A DNA stretch of 64,000 nucleotides. Origin: Octopus sinensis (taxonomy: Eukaryota). The stretch spans positions 95,170,001-95,234,000 of the forward strand of contig NC_043005.1 in the NCBI RefSeq assembly GCF_006345805.1, read 5' to 3'. A program made the position numbers and the translations under genes. This document shows positions 41,026-54,370 of the stretch, piece after piece (positions within the stretch are counted from its first letter, which is position 1; the number at the start of each line of letters is the position of its first letter). The notes under the pieces were generated by a model. It saw only the letters and a list, made by a program, of their open reading frames with translations, was not told the DNA's origin and ran no database searches.

Positions 41026-41524
41026 GGTGGTGGTGGTGGTGGTGCTATTATCCACCGGAAACATTCACCCAGTCAGTCATAGCTCGCGAAATAGGTTAAA
41101 TACCATTTCATATTTAGATTAGGACAAATTGATGCCTTTCTCGTTCCATATTTAACTAACCACTGTGAAGTTATAAATAAAATATCTGCTCATCTGCAAC
41201 TCGCCCTCTCTTTATCTTTATCCGCCTGTCGGTCGGCTCATTCATACAACCATCTGTCTATCTGTCCTGCTATTCATGTTTAAGGTTTTCTCGTTTTTAT
41301 ATCTTGTCTCTGTCGATGGATCCGCGTAACCTTCCCTCTATCTTGTCTCTATTTAGCTATCATTACATGCACTGTCTGCTAATTTATATACGGTGAAAGC
41401 TGCTCGTTATAATCATAGGTAATGTTATCAAACGGATATTTTTTATCAAAATTAGTGGATCTGAAATACACTCAGGATGTACGTGTAGATGTATATGTGT
41501 GTGCTTGTGTATATCTATATAGCC

Positions 41525-41559
<35 letters not shown>

Positions 41560-43850
41560 CATACATACATACACACACACATACATACATACATACACAC
41601 ATAATATACAAACTGACACATACACACACATATATATACATGCATTTTTGCTGTCTTTCCTGCCGTGAGGAAATAGGTTGAAATACTTAAGACAATTGCC
41701 TATGTATAGAGAAATCACCTATGCTATCTGTACAAAATCTGTTTAGTCAAGGAAGAACACATTTGATTATATAAGTCTTAATATTTTAAAAAGAACAAGA
41801 TGGTCATAGCTAGAATGCTTTTGATTTAAGCTGGCTCAATAATGGCCGGCCTGACTCTAAACGCCAACACTAACCCCCAACCCAACAACACCTCATATAT
41901 TTTTCATCATAATTAGATCTGCAACGAATTCATTTGAATTCTTCTCTCTTCCCCCTTTTATACCTCTCTCGCTTCCTCTCTCATTCTATCACCATCAACA
42001 CTCCTACTTTCTACACCATAACACGTTTTACGTGTTACTATCATGTCAGTCGGTCCGCCAAACACACTATCTGCATCTTTAATATCCTACCCCTTCACAA
42101 AATCTGCTTTAACCTTACCTTTATCTTATCTTGTTAAGATACGCGTACTTCAGGTAAGACGTAAACCAGCGTCTTAAGATTTGCCAGAATCTGGTAGTAG
42201 AGTTGTTGACAGTTCACTATAGCACGAAAGTTTAGCATCTGATGAGCTGAATTTTGCATCACGGTTTCGATTCCATATTGACGGCAATTCATTGTATACG
42301 TCTCATTCCCATGATACGCAGCCTGGCGTTTTTCCTTCGTGTATTTCAGCCAACAGAGTCGACAACGCCAGTTAATGATTGTAATAATGGCTTCAAGAAT
42401 TTGCTCCGCTGCTCCGTGCTTGGATCGGCTAAAATCAGTTTTGCCTTACATTATTTCGGGAATAAAGCACTTGAGTAAAATGGGGTGAAGAAGAGAAGGA
42501 AGGAAGGAAGGAAGGAGGGAGGGAGGAGGAGAAGGACGAGGGTATTCTAGAATTGGGCTGGTATTTTATTAACGATCTCAAAAGATGAAAGGCAAACGTA
42601 AAATGGCGAAACGAATCCTTCAAACCATTATTATAATTATTATTATCTGATGCGAGCTGACAGAACGGTTAGCGACATTTCGTCCATCTTAACGTTTTGA
42701 GTTCAAATGCCTCCGAAGTCGACTTGGCCTTTCATCCTTTCGGGGTCGATAAAACTAAGTACCAAGTGGGCACTGGAGTCGATGTAATCGACTTGTCCCT
42801 TCTCCCAAAATTTCAGGCTTTTGCCGATAGTGAGAAGGATTACTAACTGATGGGAGATGATGAAATCGTTAGCGAGTCGGACAAAATACTTAGTGGCATT
42901 TCTTCCGGCTCTTTCTGTTCCGAGTTCAAATGCTACGAGGCTTCATCCTTCGTGCTTCATCTTTCCGGGTTCGATAAAATAAGTACCAGTCGAGCAAAGG
43001 ACTTGATGCAAATAACCAGCCCCACCCAATCCTCCAAATTCCAGGCCTTGTAGAAAGAATTTTTTTACTATCTGATGCTCCAACAACTTTGTTAACTGAA
43101 ATATATGAAAGAAAGAAGTCAAGATGCGTGTCCTGTGAATGACACAAAACCAATTAATTTCAAAGTGGAATCGAAACCGCGATGCAAATTCATCTCATTT
43201 GAAGCTAAATTTTTTGCGTTACAGCAAACTGTCAACAACTCTTCAACACGATTCTGTCAAATCTTAAGCGTCTGTTTATGTCTTAACTAAAATAAAAGTT
43301 TCTTAAGGTAAGATAAAGGCAACATTAATTGCTGGTGAAATTAAAGATTTTGTGAAGAGTTAAGATATTCAAGTAAAAAAGAATTGCCTCTAACATCGGC
43401 AGAAAATCTGAAGTCTGAGGAGAGGAGGTTTGTCGATTAGATCAACTCTCATACTTGACTGGTACTTTATTTGATCGAACCCAGAGGAATGAATAGCAAA
43501 CTTGACCTCTGTGAAATTTGAACCCCGAACGTAAAAGAGTCGGAAGAAATACCTGCAAGATTGTGTGTCTACCATTTTAACAATTCTACCTTTACACTAC
43601 ATTTATTAAAGGTAAAAATAATACGTTTGAAGGACGGAAACTAGGTCTGACATCATAGTGATTTCAGACTTTGGCACAAGGCCAGCAAATTTGGGGGAGG
43701 AGTAGGTTGATTACATCAGTGCCAGTGTTCAACTGGTCATCAATCCTGCAAGAATTTATGACAAAGTCAACCTCGGTGAAATTTGAACTCAGAACGTAAA
43801 GAACCGGAAACAATGTTTTTAAGTATTTTGTTCAGTGTGGAAACGATTCT

Positions 43851-44100
43851 TATTTCTTTAACGCCCACAAGAGACAAAACATAGAGGGGACAAACAAGGA
43901 CAGACAAATGGATTAAGCCGATTACATCGACCCCAGTGCGTAACTGGTACTTATTAAATCGACCCTGAAAGGATGAAAGGCAAAGTCGACCTCGGTGGAA
44001 TTTGAACTCAGAACGTAGCGGCAGACGAAATACGGCTACGCATTTCGCCCGGCATGCTAACGCTTCTGCCAGCTCGCCGCCTTAAGGCGAGTAACATATA
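43851..44100 (-). mobile_element. Young family C SINE
   Basis: Near-identical to 34875-35123, including the 5' extension tatatgttactcgcctt. Confidence 0.85.
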
Positions 44101-44125
44101 AAACCGTGTGGTCAGGAAAAAGTAG

Positions 44126-44751
44126 GGATCTTTTCCTTTTGAACGGCAGATGTCAACACAATTTCTAGTTAACTTTTAAACTTCGTATACTGGTAGAATG
44201 TGTTTATAAAACATCATTTTCTCTTGGTTTTATTGAGAAAATTTTATAGTTTGAAAGATATTTCGTCTGAAAATCCGAGCATTTCGGCAATTTTAACCAA
44301 TCCTCCATTCAACTAAAATCATTTGCTGCGTCTAAAACTGAGACAACATCCTGTAACTAACCCTAAACCTCCCCCTAACTCTAACCCTAACCCTAATTTT
44401 TTTTTCTTAATTGTTAAATTAATTTAATTCCATTGCTTTAGTTTTTTTTTACACGCGTAACAATCAAATTAATTTAACAATTAAGAAAAAAAATTTAGGG
44501 TTAGGGGGAAGGTTTAGGGTTAGTTAAAGGATGTTGTCTCAGTTTTAGACGCAGCAAATGATTTTAGCTCAAAAGAGAGCATAGGATTGGTTAAAATTCG
44601 AAAAATTAAACTACGTTAAACAAACAAATTACAATTTTCTCAAGAAAGTCAAGAGAAAAAAATGTTTTATTTTGACACATTCTACCAGTATACGAAGTTT
44701 TAAAGTGTTTAGTTAACTAGAAATTGTCTACCGTTCAAAAGGAAAAGATCC
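44126..44751. mobile_element. Fold-back MITE with an 8-bp TSD and internal TTAGGG repeats
   Basis: Termini ggatcttttccttttgaacgg / ccgttcaaaaggaaaagatcc; the element is palindromic over almost its whole length. aaaagtag is duplicated at 44118 and 44752. Confidence 0.85.
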
Positions 44752-45348
44752 AAAAGTAGGAGTGATAGTGACGGTTGAATGAGAAAGAGAGAGAATAATT
44801 CAATGGAATTTCTTACATTTGTAACTATGGTGGAAGTGTTGGTGATGGTATTGTTTTAGACCCAGATTATCCCTGATTGAATACATTAGCCAAGATAATC
44901 TTACTCACGTCTAAGCTATCAAGAATTAAATCACCCAATGTGTCACCCGCCACCCTTTTTTATTTTACTAAATGTATGTTTATTTAGACTTCCTGTTGGC
45001 TCATTGAGAAAACGATAGGATGTCGCTTTTGACTGTAGGGAGTCAGCTCATGGTTTACGTAGTTAAGTATTACATGAACTACACAGTTTGTTGAACAAAA
45101 ATTATATGTAAATGTTGCTGCTGTTGTGGTTTCGCTTCCAGTCACTTCTGAAATATAGATCTAAGATCAAAAGTATTCCAACAGTGACCATCCCGCCGTT
45201 TTGATAGTGTACGGGACTAAATTATTTAATGCGTCATTTTATCTAAGACGGCAGTGTATGATTAGATAGAAATTTGGCTGCTATTTGTAACAAATCAAGT
45301 GACCATGTAGAGGCATCTTCCTACGCTTCACATAAAATATATGTATGC

Positions 45349-45428
<80 letters not shown>

Positions 45429-45522
45429 CCTATCTATCTATCTATATGTCTGTCTGTCTGTCTATGTATGTATGTATGTACGTATGTATGTATGTATGTA
45501 TGTATGTATGTATGTATGTATG

Positions 45523-45553
<31 letters not shown>

Positions 45554-47395
45554 GTATGTACGTATATATGTAACGTGATCAGTGGAGGAGAGATAAATTC
45601 TCGGTGAGCTGAGTTAGTTTTCCATTTCCGATTCCTTGTAATAGCTATTTCACTTATCTCGTCTTGAGGAAATCATATAGGTTGTTAATACCGATCGTGA
45701 TATATAGACTGTTTATATATAGTGGAAGCTGTTCCTAGCGATTACTATACAGAGTCTGTTCATTAAAAGATTGTTAAATAGAGGCAATTCGTACAGTAAT
45801 TATTATGTAGGAAGTATTAGTCATACGCTGTTATATTGGAGCTGATCATACGGTTGTTCAACCCCAAGTTGGATCTGATTGATCTGACCTATAGACCAAA
45901 AACATTCCAGTCATAATTATCATACCCTTTACTCTCTTTTTCAGATTTTCGTTTTGTCAGGCAAAGTGCAATACGGACTACACCATGAAATGTGGCCTTT
46001 TTAGAACATAGTAGGGTACGATTTGATGGTGATTTTACAGTTATACCTCGGGGTCGGTGGACTACGAGAAGGCAGCATTATTGGCTGGTGCATAAGATGT
46101 TGCTTATAGTGTTGGCATAGCACATTTATAAGGTATTACAATTTTAGTTATAGCCTAGAATTCCTGTAATAAGTTCCTTTAAAGTTAAGACGATAAAACA
46201 AATTTGTGTAATCTCGACAGGACGATAAACAAACTCCATTAAAACGAAAATAAAATGTGTTTTGTCCGAGCGATACAACGTCGTAATATTTTCAGTGGGA
46301 TAAGAATTCATGGACTATGCGCCATTGCTTCTAAAAACAGCCTTATCCAATCGGACATTTCTCTTACTCTACTAAAACATTGTCTAGTTACAACATGCTA
46401 CAGCATGCAGCAAAATGTTACTCGTAAACGAGTTATATTTTTTCTTTATGTGACAGATCATGAAATAAATAGGGGCGTGGTGTTTCAATGGCGGATATAC
46501 ATTGGGATCCCTGTCCCATAGGCCTCGGTTCAAATCTACTATAGAAACCTCGTTGTCTTTCTGAGCAGAATTTTCCTATTCCACGTTGTCCCGCTTCGCC
46601 CATCTCAGGTGTCAGGAATAGAAATCAGATCTGAAAATGTTACGCGCAAAAGGACTAACTTCCTACCCAGGGGAAATTTTATTTCACATATGTTGTAAGC
46701 TATAATACTGAAGCAAACCATTTCTCCTTGAAAGCCTGTATATTCATGAGACATTTGATAGCTAAATATTATTTGCAGCTATGATTACATACATACAAAT
46801 ATGCACACACATATAGAGAGTGGAAGCCATTTAACGTGATCAAATTAAGATGACCCCTTTTCAGTAGCAATAAGCGGTTGATAACATTAAGCATTTTGAT
46901 AACTATAACCGGTTAATATCGTTATTCGACATTACAATAAGTGGCTTTTACTACGTATATATCTTGCCTGCTAATCGTTGCATTTACTGTGTAACTGAAC
47001 AAATACCTATTGTTTTCTAATTATATTCCACTGAGTGCAGCACACATTCTAACTATAACAAGCCAATGCAATCATATTAAGGGTCATACAGTCAAAAGTG
47101 CATGTATCAAAGAATTATCCCCAAATATCGCAGCCTGGCCTTTCGCATATATGAATATATTACATGTGCGTATGCATTTGTGCATGCGTGTGAAATCTTG
47201 TACACCATTGCACAATGTGTTTAAACGTATATTTATGAGGGTTCTTCAACAATTTAATAAACAATGATAGGCTTCGAACGACATATTTTGCTATTATATA
47301 TACAGTTCAATTTTACAGAAGACAAAAGACGAAGCTCAGGCGAGGGAACAACAAGCAGGTATATTAGGTTGACGCGAGGGAAGAATGGAAAAATA

Positions 47396-47429
47396 TTTGA
47401 CGTTTCGAACCTACGCTCTTCGACAGAAA
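47396..47429 (-). ncRNA. Minimal hammerhead-like motif in a solo Neptune-like 3' end
   Basis: Reverse complement: ttt-CTGTCGA-A-gagc(gtag)gttc-GAAA-cg-TC-aaa. Flanks resemble 22450-22620. Confidence 0.55.
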
Positions 47430-48216
47430 GGGACGAGAGAAAGAAAATAGAGAGAGAACAAATAAAAAAACAGAGGGAGAGAAAGAATTATATATGCACA
47501 TACACTCACAACTGCAAAGGTGCAAAGTGTTACAAAATTCGCTGTGAGGGGGTAACACCATACCTACATACTTACAATTATGCTGAAACACAATTACGCA
47601 TAAACATGTACACAAACATAGCAATATATGACGGGGTGGGGGCGGCGATGAAAAGTTCCTGGCTTTAAGGGTATCGTGAAAGGCCTGGTTCGAGGCCCAA
47701 CCTTCCGAGTTCTTTTACAGGGCTTAGAAAAACTGAAGGACCACTGCAATAAGTGTGTGAATCTGAGGGAAATATGTTAAATAAAATCATAAGTAACTGA
47801 TCCTCCTGTATTTTCTTTTACCCAAAGTGAGGAACTTTACAGCACGCCCTCATATACACAAGTGTTATATAAATACTCATGCGTATTTCTATACTAACAT
47901 CTCAACAAATATACTTCGAAAATCTGAAACTAATATCAAAATGGTAAATCCTACGCGGTTAACAAATGATTAACTTCCTTCTAAAAACATTGAAGGACTA
48001 AACGAATTGCGGACTTGGTTGGTCGCATTGATTTGATTGTAGCGTGATTGATAATCCAACTTTTCACGTCAACAACCGTTTATGATTTTTAAGAAGTTAT
48101 CAAGCAAACTGGCTCCCGCTCACCACTATATATGTATGTGTTTGTGCGAACTAGTATACTCGAGCCGTCAAAAATAACGTCATTAATAAAAAAAAATATG
48201 CTGAAAATATTTATAA

Positions 48217-48400
48217 GCGCAAGAGTGGCTGTGTGGTAAGTAGCTTGCTTACCAACCACATGGTTCTGGGTTCAGTCCCACTGCGTGGCACCTTGAGCAA
48301 GTGTCGTCTACTCTAGCCTCGGGCGGACCAAAGCCTTGTGAGTGGATTTGGTAGGCGAAAACTGAAAGAAGCCGTCGTATATATATATTATATATATATA
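48217..48400 (+). mobile_element. Family A SINE 5' half (its 3' half is at 51010-51209)
   Basis: gtggctgtgtggtaagtagcttgc...gggttcagtcccactgcgtggcacc...gccgtcg followed by (TA)n. Confidence 0.8.
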
Positions 48401-48620
48401 TATTAATCAATTTAGGGTAGCAAAAATTCAGTAAAAATTTATCGCTACCACGGCCTAATGGAAAAGAGAAAATAGTCAAAGACTAAATATGTATAATATA
48501 ACAATTTAGGAATGGCCTAGACAGGCCATTCGTCCACTAGAAGGAGCAGCCATAACTCCAACCGCCAGTAGTGTAATTCGGAAATAAGTGAAAATTTAAA
48601 AAAACATTTACCCTAATTCA

Positions 48621-48720
48621 TCTTTTATACGATGCATCGTTTCAGTGTCTTTAATGATAGACCAGCTTAATTAAATTAAATTAACTAGTCTACCATAGGT
48701 CACACTTCATCAGTAAAAGA
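48621..48720 (-). ncRNA. Hammerhead ribozyme, array unit 1
   Basis: Reverse complement: tctttta-CTGATGA-agtgt...acact-GAAA-cgatgcatcg-TA-taaaaga. Confidence 0.85.
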
Positions 48721-49089
48721 AACCTGGGAGAGACGGATATATACGAGGCGACTGTATCAATGCCTCGGGAATATCTGTCTTAAATTTCAAGACCAACGCA
48801 TTCGCGCCAAACTTATCGGCAGCAAATATAAACTGCCGATTCATCTCAGAATTAGTCAGAAAATTATCAATTAATCAATTTAGGGTAGCAAAAATTCAGT
48901 AAAAATTTATCGCTACCAGCGGCCTAATGGAAAAGAGAAAATAGTCAAAGACTAAATATGTATAAATATAACAATTTAGGAATGGCCTAGACGGCCATTC
49001 GTCCACTAGAAGGAGCAGCCATAACTCCAACCGCCAAGTAGTGTAATTCGGAAATAAGGGGAAAATTTAAAAACATTTACCCTAATTCA

Positions 49090-49189
49090 TCTTTTATACG
49101 ATGCATCGTTTCAGTGTCTTTAATGATAGACCAGCTTAATTAAATAAATTAAGCTAGTCTACCATAGGTCACACTTCATCAGTAAAAGA
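49090..49189 (-). ncRNA. Hammerhead ribozyme, array unit 2
   Basis: Same motif as unit 1. Confidence 0.85.
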
Positions 49190-49562
49190 AACCTGGGAGA
49201 GACGGATATATACGAGGCGACTGTATCAATGCCTCGGGAATATCTGTCTTAAAATTTTAAGACAAACACCAACGCATTCACGCCAAACTTATCGGCAGCA
49301 AATATAAACTGCCGATTCAATCTCAGAATTAGTCAGAAAATTATCAATTAATCAATTTAGGGTAGCAAAAATTCATTAAAATTTATCGCTACCAGCGGCC
49401 TAATGGAAAAGAAAATAGTCAAAGACTAAATATGTATAATATACACAATTTAGGAATGGCCTAGACAGCCATTCGTCCACTAGAAGTAGCACGCCCTAAC
49501 TCCACCGCCAAGTAGTGTAATTCGGAAATAAGTGAAAATTTAAAAACATTTACCCTAATTCA

Positions 49563-49667
49563 TCTTTTATACGATGCATCGTTTCAGTGTCTTTAATGAT
49601 AGACCAGCTTAATTAAATTAATTAAATTAAGCTAGTCTACCATAGGTCACACTTCATCAGTACAAGA
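49563..49667 (-). ncRNA. Hammerhead ribozyme, array unit 3
   Basis: Same motif, with one stem I mismatch. Confidence 0.8.
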
Positions 49668-50204
49668 AACCTGGGAGAGACGGATATATACGAGGCGACT
49701 GTATCAATGCCTCGGGAATATCTGTCTTAAAATTTTCAAGACCAACGCGATGAAGTGTGACCTATGGTAGACTAGCTTAATTTAATTAAGCTGGTCTATC
49801 ATTAAAGACACTGAAACGATGCATCGTATAAAAGATGAATTAGGGTAAATGTTTTTAAATTTTCACCTTATTTCCGAATTACACTACTTGGCGGTTGGAG
49901 TTATGGCTGCTCCTTCTAGTGGACGAATGGCCTGTCTAGGCCATTCCTAAATTGTTATATTTATACATATTTAGTCTTTGACTATTTTCCTTTTCCATTA
50001 GCCGCTGGTAGCGATAAATTTTTACTGAATTTTTGCTACCCTAAATGATTAATTGATAATTTTCTGACTAATTCTGAGATTGAATCGGCAGTTTATATTT
50101 GCTGCCGATAAGTTTGGCGCGAATGCGTTGGTCTTGAAAATTTTAAGACAGATATTCCCGAGCATTGATACAGTCGCCTCGTATATATCCGTCTCTCCCA
50201 GGTT

Positions 50205-50304
50205 TCTTTTACTGATGAAGTGTGACCTATGTAGACTAGCTTAATTTAATTTAATTAAGCTGGTCTATCATTAAAGACACTGAAACGATGCATCGTATAA
50301 AAGA
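50205..50304 (+). ncRNA. Hammerhead ribozyme, inverted arm
   Basis: tctttta-CTGATGA-agtgt-(long hairpin)-acact-GAAA-cgatgcatcg-TA-taaaaga; predicted cut after 50297. Confidence 0.85.
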
Positions 50305-50676
50305 TGAATTAGGTAAATGTTTTTAAATTTTCCCCTTATTTCCGAATTACACTACTTGGCGGTTGGAGTTATGGCTGCTCCTTCTAGTGGACGAATGGCC
50401 TGTCTAGTCCATTCCTAATTGTTATATTTATACATATTTAGTCTTTGACTATTTTTTCTCTTTTCCATTAGGCCGCTGGTAGCGATAAATTTTTACTGAA
50501 TTTTTGCTACCCTAATTGATTAATTGATAATTTTCTGACTAATTCTGAATTGAATCGCAGTTTATATTTGCTGCCGATAAGTTTGGCGCGAATGCGTTGG
50601 TCTTGAAAATTTTAAGACAGATATTCCCGAGGCATTGATACAGTCGCCTCGTATATATATCCGTCTCTCCCAGGTT

Positions 50677-50772
50677 TCTTTTCTGATGAGTGTGACCTAT
50701 GGTAGACTACTTAATTAATTTAATTAAGCTGGTCTATCATTAAAGACACTGAAACGATGCATCGTAATAAAA
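50677..50772 (+). ncRNA. Hammerhead ribozyme, inverted arm, slightly degenerate
   Basis: CTGATGA at 50683, GAAA at 50751, GTA site ending at 50766. Confidence 0.7.
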
Positions 50773-50893
50773 TGAATTAGGGTAAATGTTTTTAAATTTT
50801 CCCCTTATTCCGAATTACACTACTTGGGCGGCGTTGGAGTTATGCTGCTCCTTCTAGTGGACGAATGGCCTGTCTAGGCCATTCCTAAATTGT

Positions 50894-50928
<35 letters not shown>

Positions 50929-51009
50929 TTATATATATATATTATATAAATATATATATATATATATATTATATAATATATATATTATGTATGTATGTAT
51001 GTATGTGTG

Positions 51010-51209
51010 TATATGTTTGTGTGTCTGTGTTTGTTCATCCAGCATCGCTTGACAACCGATGCTGGTGTGTTTACGTCGCCGTAACTTAGCGGTTCAGCAA
51101 AAGAGCATAAGTACTAGGCTTATAAAGAATTAGTCCTGGGGTCGATTTGCTCGACTAAAAGCAGTGATCCAGCTTGGCCGCAGTCAAATGACTGAAACAA
51201 GTAAAAGAG
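51010..51209 (+). mobile_element. Family A SINE 3' half
   Basis: gtgtttacgtcgccgtaacttagcggttc...ggccgcagtcaaatgactgaaacaagtaaaag. Confidence 0.8.
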
Positions 51210-51367
51210 TATGTGTGTGTGTGTGTGTGTGTGTGTTAGTGTATTAATAAAGGTTAGGAGTGTGTGTGTGTGTGTGTTAGTGTATTAATAAAGGTTAGGA
51301 GAACGGAGGTCTTCCACTTCTATAACTTTATTATACATTTGTTTATATCATTCTTCACAAATAGTAA

Positions 51368-52104
51368 GATACATACATACACACATACGAACATATACAC
51401 ATACATACACACATACTTACATACATGCATACACACATACATACACACATACGAACATACACACATACATACACACATACTTACATACATGCATACACAC
51501 ATACATACACACAAACATACATACATACATACATACATACAGACATACGAACATACACACATACATACATACATACATACTTACATACATGCATACACAC
51601 ATACACACATACATACACACATACATACATACATACATACATACATACATACATACATGCATACACACATACATACACACATACATACACACATACATAC
51701 TTACATACATGCATACACACATACATACACACATACATACATACATACATGCATACACACATACATACACACACACACACATACATACATACATAGTACA
51801 AAGTAAGATAACTCACTATGGGATACATACATACATGCATACATACATACACACATACACACATACATACATACATACATACATGCCTACATACATACAT
51901 ACATACATTCGCACATACACATACATACATACAAACATACATACACACACACACACATACATACATACATACACACATAAATACATACATACATACATAC
52001 ATACATACATACATACATACATCATACATACATACATACATATGCACACACACACACACATATATATATAATATATATATATAATATATATATATATATT
52101 ATAT

Positions 52105-52140
<36 letters not shown>
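51368..52140. repeat. Compound (ACAT)n/(AC)n/(AT)n microsatellite
   Basis: Direct reading; it explains the HTYI/MYVC ORFs. Confidence 0.95.
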
Positions 52141-52141
<1 letters not shown>

Positions 52142-52647
52142 TTGTACCTGGGTTCTTATTTACACCGATCTGAAAACCTATGTTGTTTATTCCAATAATA
52201 GTAAAACAGTAAAACGAACTGACAAGCATTTATGAAGCATTCGACACATTTAGTTGGAATTTTCATGTACCAACATGTCTGTTATTAATGCTTTGCTCAA
52301 TTTGTTATTTTTTTTTCTACTGAATTTTCACATTATTGCAACATATTGTCATATAACTGCTAGATTTATAACAGCAACCTGAAGCCCGTTAAAGTGACGG
52401 TACTCCGATAAAACCAAAATTAACATTAAAAAAATTTACATGTTTAGGTATTTTATGTTGATATATGGCTGTCAGGTATATCAGGTTAAGACATAGGGCA
52501 CTGGGAAACAACTACAGAAGCATAAAAGTCAGAGGTGACGCATTAAAAGAAAGAAAAACGTGAATTGAGACGAGTGGTCGTCAGGGACAAAAAGCATAGA
52601 AAATAAAATAAAAAGGAAATGGTCGAAAAATACGAATAAAATATATA

Positions 52648-54187
52648 TTTCTTTATTGCCCACAAGGGGCTAAACATAGAGAGGACAAACAAAGGGATTA
52701 AGTCGATTACAGCGACCCCAGTGCGTAACTGGTACTTTATTTATCGACCCCGAAAGGATGAAAGGCAAAGTCGACCTTGGCGGAATTTGAACTCAGAACG
52801 TAACGGCAGACGAAATACGGCTACGCATTTCGCCCGGCGTGCTAACGATTCTGCCAGCTCAACGAATAAAATATATGATGTCTTCAAAATGGCTTAGTAG
52901 TTAGGGAGTTGCACTCACGATTTACAGACCGGCGGTGCGTCGTGTTTTTGAGCAAAACACATCATTTCACGTTACACTTGTCCATTCACTGTGGGTAACA
53001 CTGTGAGGAGAAATGTTGGCCTACCCATCAAGTCAGCAGTATGGTATCGTTCGAAAGCTTAAAAACAATGCAAGGAAGCGCATCATGACCAGCGGTATGG
53101 AACAACATTCGATAGCTTGGTCGATACATGGATATAGTGATATTAAAATATATGATCTGGAAGGCGGCGAGCTGGTAGAAGCGTTAGCACGCCGGACGAA
53201 ATGCTTAGAGGTATTTCGTCTGTCGTTACGCTGGGAGTTCAAATTCCGACGAGGTCGACTTTGCCTTTCATCCTTTCGGGGTCGATTAAATAAGTACCAG
53301 TTACGTACTGGAGTCGATGTAATCGACTTAATCAGTTTGTCTGTCCTTGTTTGTCCTCTCTATGTTTAGCCCCTTGTGGGTAATAAAGAAATAAGATATA
53401 CGATCTGGATTTGAGACATTAAAATATATATGACTAAGGGTGAAATATAATCTTTCCCTGGATAGAACGATAGATATATAATAACCAAGTTTGATAAGTT
53501 CTTTTCTTTTTCGTTATTGTCGTCGTCATCGTCATCATCATCATCATCATCATCATCCTAATTGTATTGCTTGACACTGTTGGTGTTTTGTGTAGGACTT
53601 GCAAATGTTTCACAGATATTGTAAATCAAAAGTAGAATTGTTGAGCACTATTAGTAAATTTAGTTACTGTGATAAGTGGGAAAAAATTAACGACGTTTCA
53701 CATTACAAAACTACAGATCTATCGACTGAAAATCGCGAAATTCATATGTTCAATGGTCGTCGGAAATAAAACACTCGCTTTCAGCTAACCATTACATGAA
53801 CTTAACAATCTCACTATCAATAAAATAAGCTTGGCAACCGAATATATTATTTATATTCAACAAATCTTTGCCAATTTATTATTATTATTGTTATTGTTGT
53901 TGTTGTCATTATTATATTATTATTATTACTATTATTACCATCATTATTATTATTAAGGCGGCTAGCAGACAGAATCGTTAGTTCGCCGCGAAAAATGCTT
54001 GGCGGCATTTCGTCCTTCTTTACGATTTGAGTTCAAATTCCACCGAGGTCGACTTTGCTTTTCATTCTTTCGGGGTCGATAAATTATGTACCAGTGAAAC
54101 ACTGGGTTCGATGTAATTGAATAGTCCCCGCCCGCAAATTTCAGGCCTTGTGCCTTTAGTAGAAAAGATTATTATTATTATTATTAA

Positions 54188-54267
<80 letters not shown>

Positions 54268-54370
54268 GGCGGCGATCTGGCAGAATTGTTAGCACGCCGG
54301 GCAAAGTGCTGAGCAGCATTGTGCCTGTCTTAACGTTAAGAGTTCAAATTCCGCCATGATCGACTTTCAG
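52648..54370. mobile_element. Cluster of family C SINEs: 52648-52860 (-), 53161-53393 (+), 53955-54168 (+), 54266-54370 (+)
   Basis: Each carries the family head aaggcggcgagctggcag and/or the cctttcatcctttcggggtcga core. Confidence 0.8.

Larger units (their letters stand above)
48402..50895. repeat. ~469-bp tandem array with a central inversion; each unit carries a hammerhead ribozyme (retrozyme/pLTR-like)
   Basis: Units start at 48402, 48870 and 49347. Orientation flips at 49748/49749 and about 2.4 inverted units follow. No ORF of 60 aa or more lies within the array. Confidence 0.9.

Noticed and set aside
48402-50895. CRISPR array or simple satellite
   Set aside because: The units are ~469 bp with no unique spacers, the context is eukaryotic, and the HHR content explains the repeat better.
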